Below, piece after piece: positions 28,152 to 38,558 of a stretch of 64,000 nucleotides of DNA; the stretch's first letter is position 1, and each line of letters opens with the position of its first letter. The stretch comes from Thermodesulfobacteriota bacterium (GTDB lineage Bacteria > Desulfobacterota > Desulfobacteria > Desulfobacterales > SURF-7), in the NCBI GenBank assembly GCA_049320885.1, contig JBMORA010000009.1:384001-448000 (forward strand), given 5' to 3'. The translations under genes were made by a program, and so were the position numbers. A model generated the notes under the pieces. The model was not told where the DNA came from and did not search any database. It worked only from the letters and a program-made list of their open reading frames with translations.

Positions 28152-29915
28152 TCAGGCGGTCCGGGGCGCCCGTTTCTCATGAAGCACCGCAAGCTTTTCG
28201 TTCAGGTAAAGTTCCTTGTAGTGCCGCCGCCGGGGCTTACCGCTGGAAGTCTTCTCCAGACTGCGAGGCTCCACGAACACCACGGATCGCAGCGACAGGC
28301 CGTGCCCGGCGGACACGGCGCCCTGGACGGTCTTTACGGCCGAAGCCCAGAACTCATTCAGGGCTGCCGCTTTCGGGCCTGCGGCCTGTGCATCCGCGGG
28401 CAGCCTGCGTTCATCGGCTTCCGCTACAATTACAAGCTCTTCTACGCCGTTTATACATTCCGAGAAGGCCGCGCAGGCCCCCAGGCGAACCGGGGCTCCG
28501 GATTGCTGCACGGTGAGTTCGATATCGTTCGGGTAGTGGTTTCTTCCGGCGATGATGATCATGTCCTTCAAGCGGCCGGTCAGGTAGACCTCGCCGTCCA
28601 TAACGAAGCCCAGATCCCCGGTGCGGAGAAAGGGTCCCTCGTCCGTGTCGGCGAGACGCCCTTCAAATGTGGCCGCGGATTCCTCCGTCAGTCCCCAATA
28701 GCCGCCGGGAACACTGGGACCCTGCACCCACAGCTCACCTACCCGGTCGGGGGGGGATTGGGTGAGGGTGACGGGGTCCACGGCGATCACGCGGTGGCCG
28801 GAGCCCGGGCTTCCGCAACTGACGACAGGGCGTCCGCCGGATTCTTTGCCGGCCAGGACGCGGACAGTATGCTTCTCCAGGTCCGCTGCGCTCAACGTGA
28901 GCACCTTGGGCGGATCGGACAGCGACTTCAGCCCGGCCACGAAGAGCACGGATTCAGCCATGCCGTAGGTGGGCATGAAGGTCTGCGGCCGAAACCCGTA
29001 CGGCCCGAATTTCTGGATGAAAGCCGCCATTGTCTGCTGGAGGACCGGCTCCCCGCCATTTCCCGCCACGATCCAGTGGCTCAGGTCCAGACCCTCGCAG
29101 TCTTCGACTTTGATCCGCCGCGCCGCGTATTCGTAGCCGAAGTTCGGACAGGCGGTGTTGGCGATTTTGTAGTGGCTCATGGCGCGCAGCCACCGCAGCG
29201 GCTTCAGGAGAAAATCCATGGGCGACATCAGGGTGGACTCATACCCGTAGTACACCGGGCCCAATACGTGGCCGACCAGGCACAGATCGTGATAGTGGGG
29301 CGCCCACACCATAGCCGGTTTCGTTGACGTGAGGCGCAACATCTGACCCATCACGCGGAGGTTCGAAACGGCATTGGCGTGGCTGACAGCCACCCCTTTG
29401 GGGTGACCGGTGGAGCCTGACGTGAACTGCAAATAGGCAACCGCGTTCATTTCCGTCCGCGGGCCGGCCCAGTCGGTCGCAACCTGATCGGTCACGGCCC
29501 TCAGGTTGACGGGCAGATCGGGCGCCATCATCGCGACCATGGCCGCCAACTGCTGATTGGTCAAGACGGTCGTGGCGCCGCAGGCCCTGGCGGTGTTCAG
29601 GATCTTGCCGAGGGGGTTCTTGCTGTTCGGATTCGGCAGTGGGACCGGAACCGCCCGCGCCCCCGCTAGGAGGCAGCCGAAGAAGGCCTTCACGAAGTCG
29701 AGGCCCGGAGGAAAGGCCAGCAGGACGCTCGAGCCCGCGAGACCCTGTTCAATCAGGTCTTCGGCCACCCCGGCACTTTGTTGATAAAGTTCAGAGAAAG
29801 TCCACTCCGTGATCGGTCCGTTCAATTCACCGTTGCTCATAAACCGAAAGGCCAGGTCGTCCGCGTTTCTCGTGGCCCGGTCTTTCAAAAAGTCGATGAT
29901 GGTCATATTAATCAA
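28152..29915 (-). CDS. fatty acyl-AMP ligase (FAAL)
   Basis: YLQFTSGSTGHPKG, YGMAE, FLRTGDLG, GRNHYPNDIE, KTSSGK and the FAAL-type insertion before VVSCG; AGGAGG RBS before TTG. Confidence 0.88.
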   Translation of the reverse strand: MINMTIIDFLKDRATRNADDLAFRFMSNGELNGPITEWTFSELYQQSAGVAEDLIEQGLAGSSVLLAFPPGLDFVKAFFGCLLAGARAVPVPLPNPNSKNPLGKILNTARACGATTVLTNQQLAAMVAMMAPDLPVNLRAVTDQVATDWAGPRTEMNAVAYLQFTSGSTGHPKGVAVSHANAVSNLRVMGQMLRLTSTKPAMVWAPHYHDLCLVGHVLGPVYYGYESTLMSPMDFLLKPLRWLRAMSHYKIANTACPNFGYEYAARRIKVEDCEGLDLSHWIVAGNGGEPVLQQTMAAFIQKFGPYGFRPQTFMPTYGMAESVLFVAGLKSLSDPPKVLTLSAADLEKHTVRVLAGKESGGRPVVSCGSPGSGHRVIAVDPVTLTQSPPDRVGELWVQGPSVPGGYWGLTEESAATFEGRLADTDEGPFLRTGDLGFVMDGEVYLTGRLKDMIIIAGRNHYPNDIELTVQQSGAPVRLGACAAFSECINGVEELVIVAEADERRLPADAQAAGPKAAALNEFWASAVKTVQGAVSAGHGLSLRSVVFVEPRSLEKTSSGKPRRRHYKELYLNEKLAVLHEKRAPRTA

Positions 29916-30108
29916 GGAAAACCTCCTTAGAATTCAGTATCGGTTATCTTTTTCTTACCGAGAATATGATTACCAAATATATATGGGGATTGTAAAGAGG
30001 TTGTTCCGGAGGTTGTTTGATGTGATTTGCATCCCTTTCCGGATGAAAAAGATGGTTTCCAGTTTACGGATATGGATGTCTTTCCAGCGACCGCAGGTTC
30101 CACTTTCG

Positions 30109-30333
30109 TCAGGGGTTCATCCGGGAATCCAAATGGGGGTTCTGAGAATCCAACAAATCGAGTTTTTCAACCTGCCGGATAGGAGGTCCGAAAATCCGGC
30201 TAAGCAATTCAAGCAAGTTCGCCTCCGCCGTTGCGCGCCGTTCCCTGGCCTTTGCCATCCGCACGAGGTTGTCGCCGATTTTGGTGATCTGAGACTCGAT
30301 ATCCATCAGAAGCTTTTCGTCCTGTGTATTCAT
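30109..30333 (-). CDS. small hypothetical helical protein
   Basis: 74-aa ORF with GAGGTG RBS; no recognisable motif. Confidence 0.45.
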   Translation of the reverse strand: MNTQDEKLLMDIESQITKIGDNLVRMAKARERRATAEANLLELLSRIFGPPIRQVEKLDLLDSQNPHLDSRMNP

Positions 30334-30440
30334 CGGTCACCTCATGGTAGTGGAGGGATATTCGGTTGACCTCGCCAATTTCAAGCTGTCTGACTGTCTG
30401 GAGATTTTTTCCCTTGCTGCTTTGCGCGAGCCGGAAAAAC

Positions 30441-30476
30441 AAAAAAGGGCTTGGAAGCATGCCCGCTTAAAAGCCC
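30441..30476 (-). terminator. intrinsic terminator downstream of tRNA-Val
   Basis: Minus strand GGGCTT..AAGC-gggcat-GCTT..AAGCCC-TTTTTT. Confidence 0.65.
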
Positions 30477-30486
30477 ATGTGGTTTC

Positions 30487-30561
30487 TGGTAGGCGGTACT
30501 GGATTTGAACCAGTGACTTCTACCGTGTGAAGGTAGCACTCTCCCGCTGAGTTAACCGCCC
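30487..30561 (-). tRNA. tRNA-Val (anticodon CAC)
   Basis: GGGCGGT/ACCGCCT acceptor stem, CTACC-TTCACAC-GGTAG anticodon arm, GGTTCAAATCC T arm, encoded CCA; 75 nt. Confidence 0.97.
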
Positions 30562-30620
30562 GGGGTGGTCGACAAACGTCTGTCGAATGAAGCGCACTAG
30601 ACCGATTCCGGCTCGTGTTG

Positions 30621-31508
30621 TCAAGTATTTTTTCCGGGTGCTTCCGGATTTTTTTCCGGATCGAAGGGGGAAGGGGATTCCTCATCGACTTGATCCTTTT
30701 CGAAGGAATCGCCGGTATAGGGTGAGACGTCATGGGGATTTCCGGGCGTCTCCGGGAGCGCGTCTTCCATGGCGTTTCCACCGGAACCGGGAACGGCTGA
30801 GGCGTCCGTATCCAGGGCGGTGGCCGCCATACTGGTGTTTCCGGCTTCGGGATGCCCTGCGTATTCCAGCGGCCGTTCGGATTCGGGTAATTGTTCGGCC
30901 AGGGCTTCGGCTTCGGGGGTCCGGCCGTCCAGGAGTCCGCCGCTTTCCGGTGGCTGATCGGCAAAGGGATTGGGCGTGCCCTCGCTCCGCCGGCTGAAGG
31001 ACTCGATTTCCTTGAGGGAGGGCAGTTCCTTGAGATCCTTGAGCCCGAAAAGTTCCAGAAATTCCTTGGTGGTGGCGTAAATCAGGGGCCTGCCGGGGAT
31101 TTCCTTGCGGCCCAGAACGCGGATCAGCCTGCGCTCCATGAGCATGCGGAGAACGCCGCCGGAATCCACGCCCCGGATATGCTCGATATCCGTGCGCATG
31201 ATGGGCTGACGGTAGGCGATGATGGCCAGGGTTTCCAGGGAGGCCTTGCTGAGCCGCGCTTGGCTTGGCTTGACCAGGCGGGTGACCCATTCGCGATAGG
31301 CTGGATTTGTGCGGAACTGATAGCCGCCGGCCACTTCGCACAGAATGAACCCGCCGCTGCGGGCTTCATATTCCGCAACCAGACGTCCCAAGGCGGTCCG
31401 GATGTCGGCCGGCTCCATCTCCGGCAGGGTGGTCTTGATGCGCTCCACGCTCAGGGGGTCGTCGGATATGAACAGCAGACTTTCAATGATGTTTTTCAGC
31501 TCGTCCAT
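30621..31508 (-). CDS. scpB: SMC-Scp complex subunit ScpB with acidic low-complexity tail
   Basis: EVAGGYQFRT, ETLAIIAYRQP, IRGVDS, PGRPLIY, ELPSL. Confidence 0.95.
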   Translation of the reverse strand: MDELKNIIESLLFISDDPLSVERIKTTLPEMEPADIRTALGRLVAEYEARSGGFILCEVAGGYQFRTNPAYREWVTRLVKPSQARLSKASLETLAIIAYRQPIMRTDIEHIRGVDSGGVLRMLMERRLIRVLGRKEIPGRPLIYATTKEFLELFGLKDLKELPSLKEIESFSRRSEGTPNPFADQPPESGGLLDGRTPEAEALAEQLPESERPLEYAGHPEAGNTSMAATALDTDASAVPGSGGNAMEDALPETPGNPHDVSPYTGDSFEKDQVDEESPSPFDPEKNPEAPGKNT

Positions 31509-31539
31509 TGGTTCAAGCGAGGTTCATGCGCCGCAGAAT

Positions 31540-32250
31540 TTATAGGTAAAACAGCCGGATGACACCGGTCTGCAAATGCTGGGCTATCTGGATCAGGTTG
31601 AGTTTGGCCATTTCGAGAATCGCCAGGAAGGTGATCACGAAATCGCTTTTGTCAACTGCGCCCTCGAACAGTTCGGCAAAGGTCACAGAATTTCTTGCCT
31701 CCAGGATATCGATGATTTGACCGATGCGGTCTTTGACCGATATTTTATCCGCCGTCAAGGAGAAGGCCTGCTCCAGGTTGATGTTTTCCAGGATTTTCTG
31801 GAACGCATCGATAAGCTCGAAGAGGCCCACCCGGATCAGTTCCGGTTCTTCGTCGGAGACCGCCGTTTCTTTCGAGGGCGAGCGGACAAAGGTGTGCTCC
31901 CCCAAAAGGGTCCGCTCGGAAAGTTCCTCAGCCGCCGCCTTGATCTGCAGGTATTCCTTCAGGGGGCGGGCGATTTCCATCCGCGGATCTTCCTCTTCCT
32001 CGGCGTCGTCATGCACGGGCAGGAGCATCCTGGATTTGATGTGCATGAGGGTCGCCGCCATGACCAGGAAATCCCCGGCCAGATCCACGTTCATGGCCTT
32101 CATCCACTCAATATACGCCAGAAACTGGTCCGTGATCAAGGCTATGGGGATATCGTAGATATCCACTTCGGCCTTGCGGATGAGGTGGACCAGGAGGTCC
32201 ATGGGCCCCTCGAATACATCCAGCTTCACCTGGTATTTGTCGTCCTGCAT
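31540..32250 (-). CDS. scpA: segregation and condensation protein A
   Basis: FEGPMDLL, KSRMLLP, EDPR, TFLAILE. Confidence 0.95.
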   Translation of the reverse strand: MQDDKYQVKLDVFEGPMDLLVHLIRKAEVDIYDIPIALITDQFLAYIEWMKAMNVDLAGDFLVMAATLMHIKSRMLLPVHDDAEEEEDPRMEIARPLKEYLQIKAAAEELSERTLLGEHTFVRSPSKETAVSDEEPELIRVGLFELIDAFQKILENINLEQAFSLTADKISVKDRIGQIIDILEARNSVTFAELFEGAVDKSDFVITFLAILEMAKLNLIQIAQHLQTGVIRLFYL

Positions 32251-32264
32251 GGCCGATGGGGTCC

Positions 32265-33251
32265 CTATATTTTCAAGGCGGCCCTGACTTCCCGCATGGT
32301 CTGCTCCGCAACCGCCCGGGCCTTCCGATTCCCGCTTTCGATGATTTCTGCCACCAGTGCCGGACGGGCCTCATAGAAAGCGCGTTTCTCCCGAATGGGC
32401 GCAAGGGCCTCCGCCAGGTTGCGGGCCATGATTTTTTTACATTCCACGCAGCCGATTTCCGCCGAACGGCAATCCCGATCGATGGATGCCAGGGTATCCG
32501 CATCCGTATACAACTGGTGAAAGCTGAATACGTTGCACACGTCCGGATTGCCCGGATCGGATCTCCTGGCCCGCTGGGGATCGGTGATCATGCCGGAAAC
32601 CGTGGTTGCGATGGTTTCCGGGCTGTCCGACAGGTAGATGGCATTCTGGTAACTTTTGCTCATCTTGCGGCGGTCGGTGCCCAGGATTTTGGAGGTCTTG
32701 GTCAGGACGGCCTCGGGTTCCGGGAACACATTGCCGTACAGAAAATTGAAGCGCCGGGCGATTTCCCGCGTGATTTCCACATGGGGGACCTGATCGATTC
32801 CCACCGGCACCCCCTGGGCCTTGTAAATGATGATGTCGGCCGCCTGCAGTACCGGGTAGCCGAGGAATCCGAAGGTGGACAGGTCTTTGTTGGAAAGCTG
32901 GACGATCTGGTCCTTGTAGGTCGGATTGCGTTCCAGCCAGGGAACCGGTGTGATCATGGACAGGAGAAGAAAGAGTTCGGCATGCTCCTTGATATGGGAT
33001 TGAACGAACAGGGTGCTTTTTTCCGGCGACAAGCCCGCGCTCAACCAGTCAATCATCATCTGGCGGGTAAAATCCATGATGGCGGAGGTATTTTCATAGT
33101 CGCTGGTGAGGGCGTGCCAGTCGGCAATGAAGAAAAAACAATCATAAGTGTCCTGCATGCTGATCCAGTTGGCCAGGGCGCCGTGGAAATTGCCGAGATG
33201 CAGCGGCCCGGTGGGGCGCATGCCGCTGAGGATTCTTTTGGGGGCTGTCAT
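32265..33251 (-). CDS. trpS: tryptophan-tRNA ligase
   Basis: SGMRPTGPLHLGN, YPVLQAADI, KMSKS. Confidence 0.97.
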   Translation of the reverse strand: MTAPKRILSGMRPTGPLHLGNFHGALANWISMQDTYDCFFFIADWHALTSDYENTSAIMDFTRQMMIDWLSAGLSPEKSTLFVQSHIKEHAELFLLLSMITPVPWLERNPTYKDQIVQLSNKDLSTFGFLGYPVLQAADIIIYKAQGVPVGIDQVPHVEITREIARRFNFLYGNVFPEPEAVLTKTSKILGTDRRKMSKSYQNAIYLSDSPETIATTVSGMITDPQRARRSDPGNPDVCNVFSFHQLYTDADTLASIDRDCRSAEIGCVECKKIMARNLAEALAPIREKRAFYEARPALVAEIIESGNRKARAVAEQTMREVRAALKI

Positions 33252-33346
33252 ACAACATCTCCTGATTCAAAATATGAACACCAGCCCGCCGACCGCCGAT
33301 CCGGCCTGCGGGGAATGGGTGTAAAACAAGTAAAACCCGCGACGCC

Positions 33347-36025
33347 TCAGGACTTTGCGAGACGTGCCTTGACGAAATCAAATTCGTCCCGCCGGTCCTG
33401 AATCCGGCCGTCCAGCTTGGCGGCCAGAACCCCGTCCAGGATTTCCCGGAACATGGGTCCGGGGGGCACGCCCATTTCCATCAGATCTTTTCCCCTGATC
33501 AGGACCTGGGTATGCCGGAGCTGGGTCACATAATGGGACAGGGCCCGCTCCACCTCTTCTTTCCGGGTGGCCGCCATCATGAACAAGATCTGCTCGATTT
33601 TATACTCCTTCAGCCGGTTGTAAATCCCGCTGTTGGTGGCCGGGAGTTTGTGTTCGAGCCGCATGAGGCCTTTTTCCATCTCCAGCCGGTCCTGGCTGAA
33701 AAATTTCAAGTGGCGCGGGGCCAGCTCCAGCCGCCGGCAGACATCATCCGAGACCTCCTGGGTGCAGCCTTTGATCAGGGCCAGGAAGTAAACGGTCCAT
33801 CTATTATAGGATTCTTCCAGAAAAAGCAAATCGTGCCAGGCCAGGACTTTTTCCACGGCGCTGATCAGGGCGATGAGTTTTTTATCGGAATGGATGGCTG
33901 GATGGATCACGGGCAAGAGGTTGAAATCCGCCAGCCGGGAGATGGCCGGGGCCGGACTGTCCTCTTCCAGGATCTGACGCAGTTCGGAGAAAACCCGCCG
34001 GCCGCTCAGTCGCTTGAAAAAGTCCATTTTCACCGCGTTTTCGATCAGGCCGGCGGTCAATTTTCCGATGGTGAAATGAAAGCGCTGCTCGAAACGGATG
34101 GCCCGGAAAACCCGGGTGGGATCTTCCACGAAGCTGAGATTGTGCAAAATCCGGATGGTTTTTTCCTTGAGATCCCGCTGGGCGGAAAAAAAATCCAGCA
34201 GAATCCCAAAGCAGTCCGGCGACAGCTGGACCGCCAAGGTGTTGATGGTGAAATCCCGCCGGAAGAGATCCAGCTTCAGGGAACTCATTTCCACCGTGGG
34301 CAGGGCCGCGGGGAATTTGTAGTATTCCATTCTGGCGGAGGCCACGTCAATCTTAAAGCCGTCCGGATAAATGATCACCGCCGTGCCGAATTTGTCGTAG
34401 GTATGGACCCTGACGCCCGCTATCTCGGCGTATTTCCTGGCCAGGGCGATGCCGTCCCCTTCCACCACGATATCCACATCCTCATTGGGCCGATATAAAA
34501 ACAGATCCCGTACGAGGCCGCCGATGATATAAGCATTGAAGCCGAGATCATGGGCCACCTGGCCGATGGAAACGAGAATTTCCATGATGCGGCTCGACAG
34601 CCGTTCCCGCATCAGTTTGCGGATATTGCGGGTTTTGGCGGTCAGGTGCCGCTTCATCGGATCACCGGCGCCGCCGCCGTTTTCGTGGGACTGGTCCACC
34701 AGGATGGTCAGGAGGTCGGTGCGGGTGATGACGCCTTTCAGCACGCCTTTGTCCACGACGGGCAGAATGCGTTGTTTGCGCTCGATGATTTTTTCCTGGA
34801 TCTCCGTCAGATCGGCCGTCGGGTCCACAACGGCCAGTTCCGTCGACATGTATTCCCGCACCGGCACATGATCCAGTTTGTGGTACAGGGCCTTTTCAAT
34901 GACCTGCCGGGAGATGTATCCCTCAATGTCTTCCATGCCATCCTGTTTCCGGGTGATCAACAGTGCGTTGACGTTGTACTGGGTCATCAGGCGGCTGGCC
35001 GCCTTGCAGGAAATATCCGGCTGGGCGGTGATGGCCGGGGATGACATCAGGTCCGCGGCCTGCCTGGCCGGACGGATGTTTTGGTACAGGGCTTCCAGGA
35101 GCAGCGATTCCACCTGGACCAGGGTTTTGTCCCGGATGGTGGCGGCCGCGGCAAAGGGGTGGCCGCCTCCCTCGAGGGGCGTTAATATGTCAACGACGTT
35201 TACTTCGGGGATCCGGCTGCGGGCCACGATATGGACCTTGTCGCCCATGCGCGCTACAGCGAAAAAGGCGTTCAGGCTCTCCATTTTCTGCATTTTATGG
35301 ACCAGGAAGGCGAAATCCGGCACGTAGTCCTCGGTGGAGATGACGGAAACCGCGACCTCGATGCCGTTGATCTTGTAACGGGTGGTGGATTTGATCAGAT
35401 CGTTGAGCAGGCCGACCTGTTCCGGGCTGAACTCCCGGGCGGTCAGATCGGCGATGATATTCAGATTGGCCCCCCTGGACAACAAATAGGCGGCGGCGAG
35501 GAAATCCTGTTCGGTTGTGGAGGAAAACGTAAAGGAGCCGGTGTCCTCGTAAATCCCGAGGCACATGATGGTGGCTTCCTCCGGCGAGATGGGGATCTGT
35601 TTTGCCTTCAGGATGTGGGTCAGGATCGTGACGGTGGCGCCGGTGGGTTGATAGACTTCATAATCCGGCCGGATGTCGCCCTCGCCCGGCAGATGATGGT
35701 CGAAGATATGAATTTCCACTTGCCCGCTTTCCAGCAGTTCGGACAGCTTCCCGATCCGCTGACTCCGGCGGGTGTCCACCAGGACCAGGCGTTTCACTCC
35801 GGCCGGATCGATTTCATCGATATCGGCCATGTTGAACAGATAGGCCATGGAGTTGATGAAAAAATTGCGGATATTTTTTTCAGCGGATCCGGGGAAAACC
35901 ACCTGGGCTTCGGGATACAGTTTCTGGGCGGCCAGCATGGAGGCAATGGCGTCAAAATCGGCATTGATGTGGGTTGTAATGACCGTGGCGGGAGATTTCA
36001 GTTGTTTTTTGGATGGGGACGTCAT
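33347..36025 (-). CDS. DHH-DHHA1-CBS tRNA nucleotidyltransferase (A-adding type)
   Basis: HINADFDA, DHH, GGGH, CBS pair, GGLVRD-DVD, RRDFTIN, EDPTR. Confidence 0.9.
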   Translation of the reverse strand: MTSPSKKQLKSPATVITTHINADFDAIASMLAAQKLYPEAQVVFPGSAEKNIRNFFINSMAYLFNMADIDEIDPAGVKRLVLVDTRRSQRIGKLSELLESGQVEIHIFDHHLPGEGDIRPDYEVYQPTGATVTILTHILKAKQIPISPEEATIMCLGIYEDTGSFTFSSTTEQDFLAAAYLLSRGANLNIIADLTAREFSPEQVGLLNDLIKSTTRYKINGIEVAVSVISTEDYVPDFAFLVHKMQKMESLNAFFAVARMGDKVHIVARSRIPEVNVVDILTPLEGGGHPFAAAATIRDKTLVQVESLLLEALYQNIRPARQAADLMSSPAITAQPDISCKAASRLMTQYNVNALLITRKQDGMEDIEGYISRQVIEKALYHKLDHVPVREYMSTELAVVDPTADLTEIQEKIIERKQRILPVVDKGVLKGVITRTDLLTILVDQSHENGGGAGDPMKRHLTAKTRNIRKLMRERLSSRIMEILVSIGQVAHDLGFNAYIIGGLVRDLFLYRPNEDVDIVVEGDGIALARKYAEIAGVRVHTYDKFGTAVIIYPDGFKIDVASARMEYYKFPAALPTVEMSSLKLDLFRRDFTINTLAVQLSPDCFGILLDFFSAQRDLKEKTIRILHNLSFVEDPTRVFRAIRFEQRFHFTIGKLTAGLIENAVKMDFFKRLSGRRVFSELRQILEEDSPAPAISRLADFNLLPVIHPAIHSDKKLIALISAVEKVLAWHDLLFLEESYNRWTVYFLALIKGCTQEVSDDVCRRLELAPRHLKFFSQDRLEMEKGLMRLEHKLPATNSGIYNRLKEYKIEQILFMMAATRKEEVERALSHYVTQLRHTQVLIRGKDLMEMGVPPGPMFREILDGVLAAKLDGRIQDRRDEFDFVKARLAKS

Positions 36026-36361
36026 TTTCGATTCATACCGTTTTTCTTCAGGATTACCCGGTCCGCTGAGCCATAACCATTGCCGATGCCGGCCGTCATT
36101 TCTGGAGAACTCTGAGTAAATGTCATAATAACGTAATGTTACAAAAAACAGGGCCTCCCCTGGGACGATCTATGTAAATACACCGATCCGACCGGCGAAT
36201 CAAGCGCAAGCATTGTCGCGGAAAAGAATGATGGAAAGCAGTTGTCGTTTGGAGCGTTGTATGATAGCAATTAAAAGGTATACTTCCGGTATCACACCTG
36301 CTGTTTTGAGGTAAAACGGGACGGTCATGGGAAAAGGGCAGCCCGGAAAAAGTCATTGAGA

Positions 36362-37312
36362 ATGGTTACGAATCCTCATCCGACCTATCGTTATCTGTTT
36401 GGACCGGTCCCTTCGCGACGATTAGGAATGTCTCTCGGAGTGGATCTGATGCCGCACAAGACATGCAGCCTGGATTGCGTTTACTGCGAATGCGGCAAAA
36501 CCACCCATTTGACCGTCAAACAAAAGATCTATACCCCCCCGGAGGAAATCCGGCAGGAGCTCGACCGGTTTTTATCGCCGAATCCGCGTCTGGACCATGT
36601 CACGTTTTCCGGCTCCGGAGAACCGACCTTGCACAGCGGGATCGGCGAGCTCATCGGTTTTTTGAAATCAGCCCACCCCAACTACCGGGTGGCCCTGCTG
36701 ACCAACGGGACCCTTTTTCATGATCCGCGCATCCGCAAAGCGGTTGCGGAGGTCGATATCGTTATCGCCTCCCTGGATGCTGCAACGGAGGATACTTTTG
36801 CCCGGCTGAACAGACCGCATCCCGGGTTGAACCTGGCAGACATGATCGAGGGGCTGGTCGCGTTGCGCAAGGAGTTTGCCAACCAATTATGGCTTGAAAT
36901 TTTTATTGTTCCGGGTATGAATGACACAGCGGAAGAGCTCGCCGAGATCCGCAAGGCCGTCCGGAAAATCAACCCGGACACCATCCATTTGAACTCGCTG
37001 GATCGACCGGGAACCGAGGCCTGGGTCAACCCCCTGGGCAGGGAAAAATTGATTGAGATTCAGGAAATTATTGAAAAATCAGAGATCATCCACTATACTT
37101 CGACGAGCGGGTATAAACCGCTGCATTTGAAAAACGAGCATCAGCATATTATCGCTACCTTGAAAAGAAGGCCATGCACGGCAGAAGATGTTTCCCGTAT
37201 TACAGGCGTAGCTGTCAATGACGTTCAACGGCACCTCGATGCACTGAGCAGGGAAGGCAGGATTCAGAAACAAAACATGCCGAGAGGTGATTTTTACAAG
37301 CTGAAGATCTAA
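36362..37312 (+). CDS. radical SAM protein (TYW1-like family) with C-terminal HTH-like segment
   Basis: FGPVPSRRLGMSLG, CSLDCVYC, GSGEPT; start 36356 or 36362. Confidence 0.85.
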   Translation: MVTNPHPTYRYLFGPVPSRRLGMSLGVDLMPHKTCSLDCVYCECGKTTHLTVKQKIYTPPEEIRQELDRFLSPNPRLDHVTFSGSGEPTLHSGIGELIGFLKSAHPNYRVALLTNGTLFHDPRIRKAVAEVDIVIASLDAATEDTFARLNRPHPGLNLADMIEGLVALRKEFANQLWLEIFIVPGMNDTAEELAEIRKAVRKINPDTIHLNSLDRPGTEAWVNPLGREKLIEIQEIIEKSEIIHYTSTSGYKPLHLKNEHQHIIATLKRRPCTAEDVSRITGVAVNDVQRHLDALSREGRIQKQNMPRGDFYKLKI

Positions 37313-37334
37313 TCGAGTCCATAAGGGGGATTGT

Positions 37335-38546
37335 ATGCCGGTATATTTATGGGAAGGAAAAAACAAAAAAGGCGAAATCCAGAAAGGTCAACTGGATGTG
37401 GTCAACGAGGATGCCCTGCGCGCCCATCTCCAGCGGGTAAGGATCACGCCGACCAAAATCAAGAAGAAGCCCAAGGATCTTTTCGCCGATGTGGAGTTTT
37501 TGAAGCCCAAAGTCAAGGAAAAAGATGTCATCGTTTTCGCCCGACAGTTTTCCACCATGATTGACGCCGGCCTGCCCATTATCCAGTGCCTGGATATCCT
37601 GTACACACAGCAGGAAAACGTGACCTTCAAACAGTTGATCAAAACCCTGAAGGAATCCGTCGAAGGCGGCAACACCCTGGCGGAATCCCTGAAAAAATTT
37701 CCCAAACAATTCGACAATCTTTTCGTGAACATGGTGGCGGCGGGCGAGGCCGGCGGTATCCTGGACGTCATTCTCCGGCGTCTGGCCGCTTATCTTGAAA
37801 AAGCCGCCAAACTGAAGGCCCAGGTCAAGGGCGCGATGATGTATCCGGCCATCACCCTCGCCATTGCGGTGCTGGTGGTCATCGTCATTCTCGTGTTCGT
37901 CATACCCGTTTTTCAGGAAATGTTCGCGAGTTTCGGCAAGGAACTGCCCCTCCCCACCCGGATCGTCGTCAACCTCAGCAATATCGTGAAGTCCAAAATC
38001 CACTGGGTGATCATTTCCTTTGTCCTGCTGGTCATGGCCTATAGACGATTTTACAAAACCGAAAAAGGTCATGAATTGATGGATAACTTGTTTCTAAAGC
38101 TGCCGATTGTCGGCGTGCTGATCCGCAAGGTCGCCGTGTCCAAATTCACCCGCACCATGGGCACCATGATGGCCAGCGGCGTCGCGATCCTGGATGCCCT
38201 GGATATTGTGGCGAAAACCGCCGGCAACAAGACGGTTGAAAAGGCCATTTACCGGGTGCGCAGCGGAATTTCCGAGGGCCGCACCATGGCCGACCCGCTT
38301 TCGGAAAGCGGCGTCTTCCCCTCCATGGTCTGCTCCATGATCGCGGTGGGGGAATCCACCGGCGCGCTGGACGCCATGCTCGAAAAAATCGCCGATTTCT
38401 ATGAGGATGAAGTCGACACGGCCGTTGAAAACCTGACATCGGCCATCGAGCCGTTGATGATGGTCTTCCTGGGGGGACTCATCGGCGGATTGGTCATCGC
38501 CATGTACCTGCCCGTATTCCAGATGGCGGGCGCCCTCAGTGGTTGA
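37335..38546 (+). CDS. pilC: type IV pilus platform protein PilC (T2SS F family)
   Basis: RQFSTMIDAGLP, AGEAGG, GESTGALD, MYLP. Confidence 0.95.
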   Translation: MPVYLWEGKNKKGEIQKGQLDVVNEDALRAHLQRVRITPTKIKKKPKDLFADVEFLKPKVKEKDVIVFARQFSTMIDAGLPIIQCLDILYTQQENVTFKQLIKTLKESVEGGNTLAESLKKFPKQFDNLFVNMVAAGEAGGILDVILRRLAAYLEKAAKLKAQVKGAMMYPAITLAIAVLVVIVILVFVIPVFQEMFASFGKELPLPTRIVVNLSNIVKSKIHWVIISFVLLVMAYRRFYKTEKGHELMDNLFLKLPIVGVLIRKVAVSKFTRTMGTMMASGVAILDALDIVAKTAGNKTVEKAIYRVRSGISEGRTMADPLSESGVFPSMVCSMIAVGESTGALDAMLEKIADFYEDEVDTAVENLTSAIEPLMMVFLGGLIGGLVIAMYLPVFQMAGALSG

Positions 38547-38558
38547 AAAACGGTTTTC

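Noticed and set aside
12950..30561. Integrative island anchored at tRNA-Val
   Set aside because: No integrase, and I found no duplicated tRNA 3' end by eye; the region looks accessory but its boundaries cannot be supported
30621..30990. Acidic low-complexity ScpB tail as a novel domain
   Set aside because: Disordered acidic tails are common in ScpB
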